A stretch of 64,000 nucleotides of DNA, from contig NC_081391.1 of NCBI RefSeq assembly GCF_030684315.1, positions 21,288,629-21,352,628 on the forward strand, written 5' to 3'. Below are positions 46,130 to 60,884 of the stretch, piece after piece. This DNA comes from Stegostoma tigrinum (Eukaryota). How positions within the stretch are numbered: the stretch's first letter is position 1; each line of letters starts with the position of its first letter. Under the pieces are notes generated by a model. That model saw only the letters and a program-made list of their open reading frames with translations. It was not told where the DNA came from and searched no databases. Both the position numbers and the translations under genes were made by a program.

Positions 46130-48212
46130 ATGGGGTCAATAATGTGTATGTTGTACATGGTGACATAATGCTAGTAACTTGGTTGTGCTCTGAGCAAAAT
46201 AAAATAGTGTTCACCGTGGAACTGAGTACTTTGTATAATTTCACAGCTGCTTCTGGCTCTTGGTATTGCTGTTTGACACCTGATCATTAATTCCTTTTCT
46301 GTTCTGATTAACCTTTGATTCAATGCCTGCCCCAGTCGTCTGCTCCTTTTCTGTTGTTTGTAGGAATTAGGTGGGCAATCCTCGCAGTAGAAATTCCACA
46401 AGTGTTCAATTTGGGTTTTTGGCTAGTAAGCAGTGTTGTATTGACTTTTTTATTCCAAACCAGCTTCTAGTCAATATCTTCAGTGAAACCAGCCCCCTGT
46501 CTCAATGTTAGACACTGCCTTTGGCAATGTTCAAGTCTCTTTTGTAAATAAGCAGGGGCAGGAAATAGCAGGTTTGGGGAGCATCTGTGGAGAGAACTGT
46601 TCTCAGTCCCAGGACCCAAGATACAGTCACATCTCGTGACAGATGTTGCCAGATGTTGTGAGGCTTTCCAGCAATTTTTTTGTCGCACTTCAAATCTAGC
46701 AATTTGAGCATACTTTCACTCTTTTGAACAGGAATATATAGTGGAACATCCAGCATCAAGATGCACTGATCTTTAGCACTTTAGATAAGCAATTGTTCCC
46801 AGAGCTGGGAAATAGTTTACTCTCTTTTGCTGCAGTGGGGGAAGGAGTAAGGGCACTGCCTGATTGTAGGAGAATGGCAAAATTTGTTTTCCCGTGTATC
46901 AGTCTTTCTGCTTCTAGACAATGATCCTCATTACGTAATGCAGCAGTGCCCACCTTGGAGCCCCTGTGGCAGAACTTCTTTCATTGCTCTGCAATGCAGA
47001 GATGCCAAAGGCTCAGGACACCTAGTAAAAATAAAGCTAGAATGCAAATGCCACAAGCAGAAAGCAGCAGTTTGTGTGCTTAGCAAGGAAATAAGGTCTC
47101 CTGATGTACGCTGACCGGCATGTACCTCCACCTGCAATGTGCTATGGCTGCCTAATTACTGGTGCTCAGGGGTGACAGTTTCCTTTATTTAAAGGATGAG
47201 GATGTCTCTGAGCTGACACCATTTATTTATCCATTGCTCATTGTCCCCAAGGCCGGGTCAGAGTCTCACACATGGCTGTGGTTGCAGCGTCATACGCAGG
47301 CCAGGTAAGGATGGGTTTTTGACACTGAATATAATGCTCCTCCTCAGCTTCTTAATTCTAGAACTCCAGAGAGTTGTCGCACAGAATTAGGAGATCATTC
47401 CACCACTCCAGAAACTTGATGGCCTCCTGCAGCCACTAGATTCATTCTTTGCACCACTGACACACACGGAGTACACTGTGTACCACCTCCAAAAAGCTGT
47501 AGAAATCCACCAACGCTCCTGAGACAATACTTTCCAAACCCCTAATTACTTGCCATGGGCGAAAGGCATCTGATACAGGGGAAAACCACCCCCTCTAAGT
47601 TCTCCATCGAGCCACATGCCATCCTGAGTTGGAAACATAACACCCCATTCTCCAGTGTCGGTGGATCAGAATCCTGGAATTCCCTCACTAGGAACATTGT
47701 GCATCTGACTACAGCAATTAAAGAAGGAAAGCCACCCCATTCTCTCATGGTGGGTGTGATCTCAGAGCGGGTCAAATACCTCTGGCTGGGCCTTCTTTTG
47801 TGAAATTGTCAAGTTCTAGCTCAACTCCATCTCGAGTGCACGGTTCTAGCAGGTTCAATCCAAAGATGCTTATGCACAGAATTTCTGGAATGAACCTGGG
47901 CAGAAAGTTAATTGGCTACGATGATAATCGTTTTCCCAAGTCCCTCGATGTAGAAGTGGACGGGATGTCTGTGCTTGAAATTTACAAGTGGATTCATGGA
48001 TTTGACAGGGTAGATAGAGAGATCCTGCTTCTTTTCAATTCGCATCCAGGACTGAGAGGGGGGAATATGATTACATTCCTAGCAGTAGAAGTAAATCATC
48101 CATGATAAAGCAAAAAACAGCTGCTTTTTGGAAAGAATAATATGTGAATGAGCAGTTAGATATTTATTCGGTAAGATGTTGATGTTGCCAATCACTTTCC
48201 CATTGGAACATA

Positions 48213-49387
48213 TGACGAAACAGGTGGATGAGAGTAAACCGGTTGATGTGGTGTATATGCATTTCGGCAAGGCGTTCGATTAGGCTCCCCACAGTAGGCT
48301 ATTGTACAAATGCGGAGGAATGGGATTGTGGGAGATATAGCAGTTTGGATCAGAAATTGGCTTGCTGAAAGAAGACAGCGTGGTGGTTGATGGGAAATGT
48401 TCATCCTGGAGACCGGTTACTCGCGGTGTACCGCAAGGGTCCGTGTTGGGTCCACTGCTGTTTGTCATTTTTATAAACGTAGAAGGATGGGTTAGTAAAT
48501 TTGCAGACGACACTAAGGTCGGTGGAGATGTGGGTAGTGACGAAGAATGTTGTAGGTTACAGAGAGACGTGGATAAGTTGCAGAGCTGGGCTGAGAGGTG
48601 GCAAATGGAGGTTAATGCCGACAAGTGTGAGGTGATGCACTTTGGTGGGAGGAACCGGAAGGCAAAGTACTGTAAGATTCTTGGTAGTGTAGATGAGCAG
48701 CGAGATCTCGGTGACCATGTACACAGATCCTTGAAAGTTGCCACCCAGGTTGACAGGGTTGTTAAGAAGGCAAACAGTGTTTTAGCTTTTATGAATACAG
48801 GGATCGTGTTCCGGAACCAAGAGGTTATGCTGCAGCTGTACAAAACTCTTGTGCGGCCGCACTTGTAGCATTGCGTACAGTTCTGGTCACCGCATTATAA
48901 GAAGGATGTGGAAGTTTTGGAAAGGGTGCAGAGGAGGTTTACTGGGATGTTGCCTGGTATGGAGGGAAAGTCTTACGAGGAAAGGCTGAGGGACTTGAGG
49001 CTGTTTTCGTTAGAGAAAAGAAGGTTGTGAGGTGACTTAATTGAGGCATATAAGATAATCAAAGGGTTAGACAGGTTGCATAGGGAGAGCCTTTTTCCTA
49101 AGACGGAGACAGCGAGCACGAGGGGCATAGCTTTAAATTGAGGGGTGAAAGATATACAACAGATGTCAGAGGTAGTTTCTTTACTCAGAGAATAGCAAGG
49201 GTGTGGAACGCTTTGCCTGCAACGGTAGTAGATTCACCAACTTTAAGTACATTTAAGTTGTCATTGGACAAGCATATGGACGTACATGGAATAGTGTAGG
49301 TTAGATGAGCTTCAGATCGGTATGACAGGTCGGCACAACGTCAAGGGCCGAAGGGCCTGTACTGTGCTGTCATGTTCTCTGTTCTAT
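48213..49387 (+). mobile_element. 5'-truncated CR1 LINE, duplicate of 3732-4907
   Basis: Same TSD AACATA, same deletions, same stop after LVRPHL. Confidence 0.92.
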
Positions 49388-50039
49388 AACATAAAAGATG
49401 AATGCATTTAAGATTATTTTCATTAGAAGGGTGATGGGGTCGGGGGGGAACCTGACTGAGGTCAACAAAATCATGAGAACTATAGACAAGGTGAATAGCA
49501 AGAAGCTTTTTCCCAGAGTCGGGGATTCAATGACTCGGAGTCATGAGTTCAAAATAAGAGCAAAGTTTAGAGGGGATTTGGTTAGATTGCCTACAGTGTG
49601 GAAACAGGCCCTTTTAGCCAAAAATGTCCACACTGGCCCTTGAAGAATCCCACCAAAACCCCCCACACTTCTGAACCCTACGGGCAATTTATCATGTGGA
49701 TGTGTGGCAAGCTCTTTACGCAGAGGTTGGAGGGTGCCTGGCACACTTTGCCTGTGGAGGTGGTAGACGAAGTCACGCAAGTGTCTTTTTAAAATGTATC
49801 AGGACAGGTACATGGATGGGCAGGGAGCAAAGGGATACTGACCCTAGAAAAGAGATGACAGACTTACACAGGATCTCGATCGGTGCAGGCTTGGAGGGCC
49901 AAAGGGCCTGTTCCTGTGCTGTGATTTTCTTTGTTCTTAAATGTGGAATCAAGATAGTGACCAGGTTAGTTTCTGATTGAGGAGTGCCATTGATTAACAT
50001 CAGATATGTTTCCCTTTCCTGCCTTTCTCTTCCCCACAG

Positions 50040-51252
50040 TTCTCTTACTTTGACCGGGATAATGTTGCCCTGCGTCACTTTGCTGAGTTCTTCAAGGAGC
50101 AGTCCCATGAGGAGCGGGAACACGCTGAGAACCTGATGGCTTTCCAGAATAAACGTGGGGGCCGAATCCTCCTGCAGGACATCAAGGTTAGATTCTGAAG
50201 CCTTCTGTTTGCAGCTTTTCGTGAAATACCACTCAATTGTGGCTCGCTCAATCTGTTTAGCTTCAGGGCTGAACAAATGCTGTATGAATGGGGGGGGTTG
50301 CTCACCACAATAAGATTCCCTTCACTAAAAGGAAACACTTTTGCACTTGTGATTGAACAACAGTTGGCAATTGTGATAATCCAGTATTCTGGATGGTGAG
50401 CACATATCGGTGTCTAACGCTGCTTTGGACAACATGAGGTGTCAAAAGGGAAAACAGAAATCTTTCAGGTGCGGAAAGCATCAGTATGAAGCCTTTATAC
50501 ATCTAAAGATGTTTCTGATGCCTTGATATCACTCTGATCACAGCATAGCAGGATCTGTTTAGAAATGTCCCCTTCAAGAACAGTACCAAATACAGCAGGT
50601 GTTTTACCAAGGTCAAGTTGGCCTGTAGTGCCTCCCCTACAATGATGAGGGGTAACTAACTGATCAGATGTAGACTAATGATACAACTGCCTGCTGAGCT
50701 GTGCTTTCTGTTCCTGCTTCCCTCCCTCCAGAAGCCAGAGCAGGATGAGTGGGGCAATGGTCTGGAGGCAATGCAGAGAGCTCTGCAGATGGAGAAGGAT
50801 GTGAACCAGAGTCTGCTGGATCTGCACAAACTGGCCCCTGGCCACACGGACCCTCATGTGAGTGTGGTGTATTTAAATCTGGGTTTCTGAATAAAAACAG
50901 GGATCAGACACTTGGTCCTTTTTGTTAGCCACAAGATCTCACTTGACATTGTGGAGGGTTTTCTTGGGTTATACCAAGATCCTCCTGTTTCTAAAACTGA
51001 GCACTTTCTCGAGTGTATTTGGCAATCTCCATGACATCACTTCACAGCTCGGTCTCCCAAGCTGCATTTGGTCAGATTTAACCAGTTCCCCTCTTTGCTT
51101 TCCAGCTGTGTGACTTCCTGGAGAGGCACTACCTGGATGAGCAAGTCATGATGATCAAGAAGCTGGGAGATCACATCACCAACCTGAAGAGACTGGGAGC
51201 CCCTGACAATGGCATGGGAGAGTACCTGTTTGACAGGCTCTCACTCGGCTGA
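50040..51252 (+). pseudogene. Ferritin unit H, orphan exons 2-4 (50040-50186, 50732-50857, 51106-51252); no promoter or exon 1
   Basis: Same deletion junction as B; all splice sites canonical and frames open. Confidence 0.85.
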
Positions 51253-54200
51253 ATGGGGTCAAAATCTATATCTGTTGTACATGGTGACCTCATTCTACTA
51301 AATGACTAGTTGTGCTCTGAGCAAATTAAAACAGTGTTCACCATGGAACTGAGCACAGTGTGTAATTTTCATAGCTTCTGGTTCTTGGAGCTTTTTGTGT
51401 TTTAATGTCTGATCATCAATCCTTTGTTCTTTGTGACAACCTTGGATTCAATGCCTGCCCCAGTACCTTGATCAGTGTTTGATTCTGCTGTATCTGGGGA
51501 TTGAGTGGGCAATCCTTTTATTGGAAATTCCATAACTGGTAAGGTTGTTGACAGATAAATCAGCATTACTGACATGTACTCACAGGGACAAGTTTGCAGG
51601 ACCAGCTTCTAATCAATACACTGACTGAAATCATTCCTTTGCCTAAAGGGTAGGCACTGATCTAATGCACTGCCCTTGGCCATGTGTTTGCATCTCTTTT
51701 AAATAAGGAGATTCTGGAAACCAGGAACACAACCTGCTGGGAAATCTCAGGTTGGGCAGCATTGGTAGGGAGAAGGGTTGAACAGAACCTGGACATGAGA
51801 CACTCAATCATCTCTTGATTGACTTTGTTGCCTGACAGTGAGGTGTTTTCCAGCAATTTGTTCTCATGCCTAGATGTTAGTGATTTTAGTAGTTTGTAAA
51901 ATTCCTCCTTACAAGACTAAGATACAATGCTTTTCCACAGTCTCTTTTTTTCTTTGACATAAGCAATTGCTCATGTCATTGTTCCCAGAGCTAGGGAATT
52001 AGTTTCTTCAGTATTTCCTTTATACATGTAGGAGAAGGAAAAATCTACCTTCTCTTAGAATGCTAACGTCTAGGAACGGCCATGCGAATGAAGCGGTGCC
52101 CACCTCGTTCCCTGTGTGATAATTTCTATTATTACCCTGCAACGAAGAGGTGACAAATACTGAGGATGCCTGGTGGAAAATCAAGCTAAAATACAAATAC
52201 CATGTGCAGAATCGGCAGTTCCAATTTTTACGTTTATTAATCTTCAGCAGGAGAGCTGATCTGGCTGACCTGTGACTCCAAACAGTGCACTGTGGTGGCC
52301 TAATCACTATCAATCAGCCCTGAATTACAATGTGACTGGTTTGTGTAAGTGCTTTAACAGGATCAGGCTATCACTGACAGGCAGCATTTATTATCCATCT
52401 CTGATTACCCACCCAGCCCATGAGTAATTCAAATTAAACCCCTTTGCTCTGCCTGTGGCGTTACGCAAAGGCCCGATCAGGTAAGGATGGCAGTTTCTTA
52501 CGAACAAGGATATTAGTGAACCAGAAGAGGCTTGTTTGGACCATCTCTTCTGGAAAGAGAATGATGTGCATGAAATTCTGTCAAGTCAGACAGTATCAGG
52601 ATTACAGGTGGCAGTCTAACACTCCAGAATGTTGACAGCCTCCAGCAAACGAGCAGCCACTTTCGTCTATCCTTCCACCACTGACATACGCAGAGACTGC
52701 AATATATACCATGTACCAAATGCTGTAGGAATCCACCAAAGCTCCTCAGACAACTTCTTAAAATTCTGACTACTTTCCATCGGACAAGGGCAGATGATAT
52801 GTGGGAACACCACGTTCTACACCAAACCACCGATCAGCTGGTGTTGGAAACATCGCCCCCAGGTTCCCTCCCTAACAGCAGTATGGGTTTGATTACACCA
52901 AATGGGCAACAGTAATGCAAGAAGGCAAGTCACCACATTCTCTAAACTAATGTTGGCCCTGATCTCTGAGGGGTTCAAATACCTCTGGATGAAGAGGTTT
53001 TGGTGAAATGGTCAAGTTCCTGTTCAACCACAGCCGGAGTGCACAGTTCTGGCAGGTTCGACCCAAAGATGGTTATGCACAGAATTTCTGGAAGTAACCT
53101 GGACAGAGAGATGGTTAATTCATGATAACGGCTTGTCTAGTCCCTCTGTGTAGGAAGTTAAGGGATGGCTGTAATTGATAATTTTCAGAGAATTAATGGA
53201 TTTGACAGGGTAGAGAGGAAAGAACCCATTTCTTCTCAATGATCATCTCGGACTGTGCGTAGAATGGGATGACAATCTTCACATGAGAACTACATCATCC
53301 AGGATAATATCAAAAACAATTTCTTTGTGGAAAGGACAATATCTGCACGCACAGATATTTACTGCACAAGGTTTGATGTTGCCAATCACTTTCCAATTTC
53401 AAAACATAAAAAAAGTGAGTAATGCATTTTTGTCCAAGAAACACAAAGTCAAAACAGGCTCGATGTTACAAATCTGATGTGAGTACAGGAGCTCAGCGAC
53501 TTTCGGTTTCAAGTATGTGATTATCTGAAAGTGGTCAGGCAGGATGAAGCTGTTATTAATGGAGATTGAGCCACTTTTGTGAACCTTGTGTTTTCAAATT
53601 GAGGCATCGAGTATAAAAGCAACGAATTGATGTTACACCTCTACAAATCATTGGTTAGACCACATTTCCATTATGTACTCAGTTCTGGGCGTGGCATTCA
53701 AGGAAGGATGTGAAAAACCTCAAAAGTGTTCAAAGGTGATTTATTACGATGACCCCAGGAATGAGGAATTTTAGATACACGGAAAGATTAAGGAAAATGG
53801 GGGAAATCTCCTTGTAGGTGACCTTATTGACGTGATCAAAACTATGATCAATTTTGTCAGAGTAAAGCAGGATATTCTGATTTCAGCAGTTGACTTGTCA
53901 GTGACGAGGGGTCACAGTTTGTCAGTAGGGGAGATCAGAGTGAAATGGGAAGAAACCTCTTAACTCAGAAAGTTGTTCGGATTTGGAATGTGCTGCCTGG
54001 GAGAGTGACGGAGGTCGATTCCATGGTTGGTTTCAGAACAAGAGTTGGATATGTCCTTGGAAGTGACGAATTTAGAGAGGGACAGAGATAGGGCTGGAAA
54101 GTGGGACTAATCAGGTAGCTCGTTCAGAAGCTATTACAGGAACGGTGGGCTGAATGGCCTCCTGTTGTGAAAAACGCTCTGAATTTCCACTCAGGAAATT

Positions 54201-55399
54201 CTGAGAGTTTGGGGACGGGGTTTGAATTCCACCTGTAGAAGGCAACTTCCATGTGGGAAAGCTGTTACACGCCAGCAGAGACATGGTCCTTTACACAAGG
54301 TAGACCCAGTTCCACTGGCAAAGAAATGTTGACTGGGGATCCCCCCACTGCTGGCCAACACCCACTGTCACAGCCAACGATCGCACACACCTATCTTCCA
54401 CCTGGATGGCCGTTGGGAACTTGTTTTGCATTGCACTTTATCAGGACCCTCCCCTCGATCGTACCATCCTGGGTGGCGCTGCCAGGAGGTGAAATCTTCT
54501 TCAGGTATCACTCTCAGAACCAACAGAACACTCGAGGCTCTCCATCACTGCGAGGTGACAATCCACAGGCAGGAGCTGGAGGCAGGGAGATTCTGCTCAG
54601 GTACAGACCCACCACAGAATCGGAGAATTGTTATGGCACAGCAGGAGGCCATTCGGTCCTTTGTGCCTGTACCTGTTCTGGTTGTTTTCTAAATCTGCCT
54701 GTAGAGATGATTTAAGAGCTCTGGATCTGGTAGGAACTTGTACCAAGGCCTCCTGGGCCACAGCTAGGGACATTACCCCTTCACCACAAGACCCTGGCTG
54801 CGCTGGTTGCACAAACGTGGAATCATAGAAAATAAATGTTGAGTCGGCCATTCATCCCTTCCAGCCTGCTCTGCCATTCCATGTGATTGTGGCTGATTCC
54901 ATAACTCAGCACCATATTCTCACCATCTCTGCATTCCCTTTTGATCCAGCCCTCAAAGCTCTCCCCAATTCCTGTTTTGGCTTCAATCGTTTTCTGTGGC
55001 AGAGAATTCCACAGGTTCCACCACTTCGCCCCCCGAGGTGAAGAGATTTCTCCTCACCTCAGTTCTAAATGTATCCTTAGACTGCAAACCCTGGTCCTGA
55101 ACTCCCCCATAATCAGGAACATCCTTCCTGTCTTTTCCACAGCTGACACTGTTATAATTTTCTATGACCCAGAGACAATTTCCCAACATTCTTTCCCAAA
55201 TCCCAGCATAACAAGCTGAGAAACGGATGCCCCTCTTCCTCATTGAATCCCTCGTGCAGTTGCTCACAACCACCTTAATTAAAAAAAATGTGAAAACTTT
55301 TCTCAAACCAAATTGACTTCTTTTAGAAAAGAACCAAATGACCTATGACCTGAGTGAGTGGTGCAGCAGATTTGAGATGCCGAATGGCCTCCTGCTGTT

Positions 55400-55592
55400 C
55401 CAATCACACAATAACCATCCAGACCTGGCTCTCATCTCCACTTCTGATCAGCTCTGCTTAACACACCCTCCCCCTCTCTCTCATTGGTGCCTGTATGCAT
55501 GGGTGGTTCCTGATTGGCTAGCAGCAACTGTCAGTCATCATCAGTTCTGCCTCTCTCTGTGTGACTGCAGGATGGTCCCAGGACTATAAATA
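55400..55592 (+). promoter_or_regulatory. Ferritin I promoter
   Basis: CCAAT 55400, two ATTGG, TATAAATA 55585-55592. Confidence 0.75.
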
Positions 55593-55661
55593 CAAGAGCC
55601 TGTGGGAGAGAGAGACTTAGTTCTAGAGTTTTCTTGGTGCTTGTGAGCAGGAATAGTGAAG

Positions 55662-57959
55662 ATGGTTTCCCAAGTGTGTCAGAACTACCACAAGGACTGT
55701 GAGGATGCTGTTAACAAGCAGATCAACCTGGAGCTCTATTCCTCCTATGTTTACCTCTCCATGGTGAGCTTTGTGGAATTGAAGCCTGTGTGATAACAGT
55801 GTTGACCTGTTTGGGTTTTTACGCTGGGTTAATGAATTAGCTGTAACATGTATTATTTTCTGTGGCCCTTCCCCTGTTGCAATCTAGTGCAGGTCTTAAC
55901 ACTGACTCTCTGGTCAAGTTTTGAACATTGTCTTCATGTCCAACTGGCTCCTGGATGTGGATGCCCAGCTTGCTGTCTCTGGACAATGTAACCCTTGGTG
56001 ATTTTTCATCTAACTCTGGAGGGATGATCTGGTCTTGGTCGATATTTTTTTTTTTTTTTGTAAAACTTTGGTTGTATTCCTTTTCTCAACAAAAGCCTTC
56101 CCTGGTGGAAACTTTTCCTGACACAAATATACTCCTTTTTTAAAACCTTGCCCTATTCACTGGACTGTCTTGTGCTCAAGATGTAAAGTTCCCTGAACTA
56201 AAAGAACAGCTGCTGCTAGACATTAAACACTAACAAAAATAGCTAGAAAAGCTCTACAGAGCTGGAAGAAATCAAAGCTCTGGGTCCACTGACCCTTTCT
56301 CAGAAGTGGCTTTGAGCTATGCAATGTGAGGGAAGAGGCACATTTTCAGACTATGTATGTGTTTTTTTTCTTTCTCTCTAACAAAGCAGTTAAAATTCTG
56401 TGGAGTGGGTGGTAGGACACTGCGGTTATTCAGGTGGGTGATAGTGATAATGAGACTGCTGACTGAGCTTTCTGGTTGTGTTAATGAACACATGTCCCTT
56501 CATTCAGTTGGACAGGGGCTGAACTGGTCTCCACCTCCTGAACAATAGTGTTTCTAACCTGCAGAGCACGGATGTCTAATGGCTATAGACAGCTGTCCCC
56601 TTCATCATCCATGGAAGGTGACTTCCTGCTTTGTCTGTTTTTAACCACTTAAATGTGGAATCAAGATGGTGCCCAGGTTAGTTCCTGAGTGAGGAGTGTC
56701 ATTCATGAATTTCAGACAGTTTCCTTTTAGCCTCTCTTCCCACAGTTCTCTTACTTTGACCGGGATGATGTTGCCCTGCATCACTTTGCTGAGTTCTTCA
56801 AGGAGCAGTCCCATGAGGAACGGGAACACGCTGAGAAACTGATGGCCTTCCAGAATAAACGTGGAGGTCGAGTCATCCTGCAGGACATCAAGGTTAGATT
56901 CTGAAGCCTTCTGTTTGCAGCTTTTTGTGAGCAGCTACAATCGACTGGTATCTCCATCTATTTAGCTTTAGCCTTGAACAAATACTGTGTGAAGGGGAGG
57001 GTGTTCACCAAAATAGGATTCCTTTAGGTGAAAGGAAATACTCTGCACTTATGAGGGCAATTGAGGAACCAGAATAGTGAGTAGATATCAATGTGAATGA
57101 CTCTCCTTCAGACAGAATGAGGTAACAAAAGCTAAGACAGGAAATTGTTGCAGTGTGGAAAGTAGCAGTGTCCAGCCTTTCTGAATCTGGAAGATGTTTC
57201 TAACACCACAATAGTGAAGTCAGGAATTACTTCCATTGGTACCTATTCTCTACATGTGAATTCTGAGAATCTACATTAACAGTAGAATGTGTTTAGAAAA
57301 TTTGTTATTCTTTCAGTACAAAATCTAGTTGTTGTCTTCAAATTAAAGTTGGTTTGCAGTACCTCCCCTACAATGATGAGGGATAACTAACTGATCTGAT
57401 GTCGACTAATGACACAACTGCTTGCTGAACTGTGCTTTCTGTTCCTGCTTCCCTCCCTCCAGAAGCCAGAGCAGGATGAGTGGGGCAATGGTCTGGAGGC
57501 AATGCAGAGAGCTCTGCAGATGGAGAAGGATGTGAATCAGAGTCTGCTGGATCTGCACAAACTCGCCTCTGGCAACACTGACCCTCATGTGAGTTTGTAA
57601 ACTCTTTCTCTTTCCTTGGAAGAAAGTGGTGTGTTTGTGCACTCTCTGGGTTAAAAATCCAATTACCTTCTCCCAGCCTCCGGCAGGCTGTTAAAACAAA
57701 ACCTTTCCAAGGCATCACCCGAGTCCACATCTGCTTGGTGATGATGGTCACATCTGTGATGGGACGTCACTTTCAGACTCCTTTTTGATCATCTGGATTA
57801 TTTGTCTTCCAGCTGTGTGACTTCCTGGAGAGGCACTACTTGGATGAGCAAGTGAAGATGATCAAGAAGCTGGGAGATCACATCACCAACGTGAAGAGAC
57901 TGGGAGCCCCTGCCAATGGCACGGGAGAGTACCTGTTTGACAGGCTCACACTCAGCTGA
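55662..57959 (+). CDS. Ferritin unit I, intact 173 aa. Exons 55662-55763, 56746-56892, 57463-57588, 57813-57959
   Basis: MVSQVCQNY...[24 protein letters not shown]; canonical splice sites. Confidence 0.94.
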
Positions 57960-60400
57960 GTGGGGTCAATAATATCTTTGTTTATGGTGACATAATCCAA
58001 ATAATTTGGTTGTGCTCTGCGCAAATTAAAGTGTTCACCATGGAACTGAGTACTTTGCATAATTTCACAGCTGCTTCTGGCTCTTGGTATTGCTGTTTGA
58101 CACCTGATCATTAAATCCTCCTGTTATTTCTGATTAACCTTTGATTCAATGCCTGCCCCAGTAGTTTGCTCTCTTTTTTCTCTTGTCTATAGGAATTAAG
58201 TGGGCAATCCTTGTAGTGGAATTTCAGTGTTGAGTCTGTGGTGTTTTTGGGTTTGGCTTGTAAGCAGTGTTGTACTGACAATCAATTTTTCAGGACCAGC
58301 TTCTAGTCAATACCCTGATTGAGCAGCCCCCTGTCTAAATGTTTTTCTGAGCTAGAGCCCTTCCCTGTGCTATGTTTAGGTCTCGTTGAGATAAGCAGCT
58401 ACCGGAAATCTCTGGTATGGCAGCATCTGTGCAGGGGAAACTGTTCTCGGTCCCAGGACCTGAGACACATCATCTTTTGACAAGTGTTGCTAGACCTGTG
58501 AGGTTTTTCCAGCAATTTGTTCTTGCACTTGGAATTTAATATTTGTGCATACATTCACTCTTTCAAACAGGAATACCAAGTAAAACATTTAGCATCAAAG
58601 ATGCACTGCTTTTTCAGATTTTATTGATAAGCAATTGCTTCCACAGGTAGGGAATCGGTTTCTCTCTCGTTTTCCCCTTTCTGCCTTATCAGTGGTGGAA
58701 GGACTTTGTCCAGTGGCCGCATCTCGGAGAATGGCAAAATCAGCTTTCCCTTGTATCAGTCTCTCTCTTCATTAGAATGACCTGTATTTGGAAATGCAGC
58801 AGTGCCCACCTTGGAGCCCATGTGGTAGAACTTCTAGCATTGCTCTGCAATGCAGAGATAACAAATGCCAAGGGCACATGGTGAAAATAAAGCTGGAACC
58901 AAACTACCACTGGCAGAAAACAGCAGTTCAGATTTTTACCTTATTTACAATGAAATCAGCGCTCCTGCAGCTGACTGCACATGTGCTGCACTATGGCTGC
59001 CTAATTTGTGATGGTCTCCTTTTATTAAAAGGATAGTGTTTATTCTCCATGTCTAATTGTCCCAGGGCCAGGCCAGAGTCAAACAATTACTGTAGTTGTC
59101 GGGTCATATGCAGGCCAGACCAGTTGAGGATGGGTTTTTGACACTTAAGCTAATGATTAGCATTAAGTTAATTCCAGAGTGTTGTCAGGAGAACAGTCCA
59201 ACACTCCAGAAACTTGATTGGCTTCCATCTCCAAGCAGCCACTGGATTGCCTCTTTCCAACACTGTGTGGGGACTGCAATGGGTATCACCTCCCAATTCC
59301 TATACAAATCCACCAAAGCATTCTAAAGCCCCTATTACTTGCCATGGGAGAAGGATATCTGATACATGGGAACATCACGCTCTGTAATTTCTACACCAAG
59401 CTACTTGCTGTGCTGAGTTGGAAACATAACCCCATTCCTCCAGCATTGGTAGATCAGAATCCTGGAATTCCCTCAAAGGCAACATTGTGGATCTGCCTGC
59501 GCCACATGGGCAACAGCAATTCAAGAAGGCAAGCCACCATGTTCTCTAATCTAATGTTAAGCCTGACCTCAGAGTGGTTCACATACCTCTGGACAGAAGT
59601 TCTTTGGTGAAATTGTCAAGTTCAATTACATCAGGACTGCACAGGTCTAGCAGTTTTGACCCAAAGCTGGTTATGCACAAAACTTTGAGAATGAACCTGG
59701 GCAGAGAGCTGATTAATTGATTACAATGATAATGTTTGCCCAAGCGCCCCCGCCACCCTGTGTAGAAGTGTAAAGGATGCCTGTGCTTGAAGTTTCCAAG
59801 TGAATTTGAGAGGATAGTTAGAGAGATCCTGCTTCTTTCCAATCCTCATCTAGGATTGCGAGTGGGGAATATGATTACATTCCGAGTATTAGCTGTAAAT
59901 CATCCATCATGAAGCCAAAAACAGCTTTGTTTTGGAAAGGATAATATGTGAATGAGCAGTTAGATTTTTTTATTCAGTAAGATTTGATGTTGCCAATCGC
60001 TTTCAAATTTCAACATAAAAGATGAATGCATTTTGGTTGAAGAAACATGGAAAGACATAACAGGCTTGAGGTTACAAATCTGAGGTGAGTACAGGAGCAG
60101 AGGGACTTTGGGTTCAAGTGTATGATTATTGGAAAGTGACCGAGCGGGACTAAGCTGCTATGAAGAAGGCTTTTGTGAAATGTGTGTTTTCAAATAAACG
60201 CAGACAGAATAAAAGTGAGGAATAGATGTTACACCTCTACAAATCATTGGTTCGACCACATTTGCAGTGGTGTGTTCAGTTCTGGGCGTGGTATTTAAGG
60301 AAGGACATTAAAGCCCTGCACAGAGTTCAAAGGGCATTTACGAGAATGACCTGATTGAGTGGTGCAGAAGGTTTGAGATGCTGAATGGCCTCCTGCTGTT

Positions 60401-60593
60401 CCAATCACAGAATAACCATCCAGACCTGGCTCTCATCTCCACCTCTGATCAGCTCTGCTTAACACACCCTCCCCCTCTCTCTAATTGGTGCCTGTATGCA
60501 TGGGTGGTTCCTGATTGGCCAGCAGCAACTGTCAGTCATCATCAGTTCTGCCTCTCTCTGTGTGAGTGCAGGACGGCCCCAGGAGTATAAATA
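60401..60593 (+). promoter_or_regulatory. Ferritin J promoter
   Basis: CCAAT 60401, two ATTGG, TATAAATA 60586-60593. Confidence 0.7.
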
Positions 60594-60629
60594 CAGAGCT
60601 TGTGGGCGAGCAACTCAGTTCTAGAGTGA

Positions 60630-60840
60630 GAGATAATGGGAACTGCAAATGCTGGAGAATCCAAGATAATAAAATGTGAGGCTGGATGAACACAGCAGGC
60701 CAAGCAGCATCTCAGGAGAACAAAAGCTGACGTTTCGGGCCTAGACCCTTCAGAAGGGTCTCGGCCCGAAACGTCAGCTTTGGTGCTCCTGAGATGCTGC
60801 TTGGCCTGCTGTGTTCATCCAGCCTCACATTTTATTATCT
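60630..60840. mobile_element. Palindromic Penelope-type non-autonomous element in the J 5'UTR
   Basis: Inverted repeat 60664-60840 centred on 60752 (88-nt arms, few mismatches); TSD CTCAGTTCTAGAGTGA at 60614-60629 and 60839-60854. Confidence 0.88.
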
Positions 60841-60884
60841 CAGTTCTAGAGTGATCTTGGTTATAATCAGTAGGGATAGTGAAG

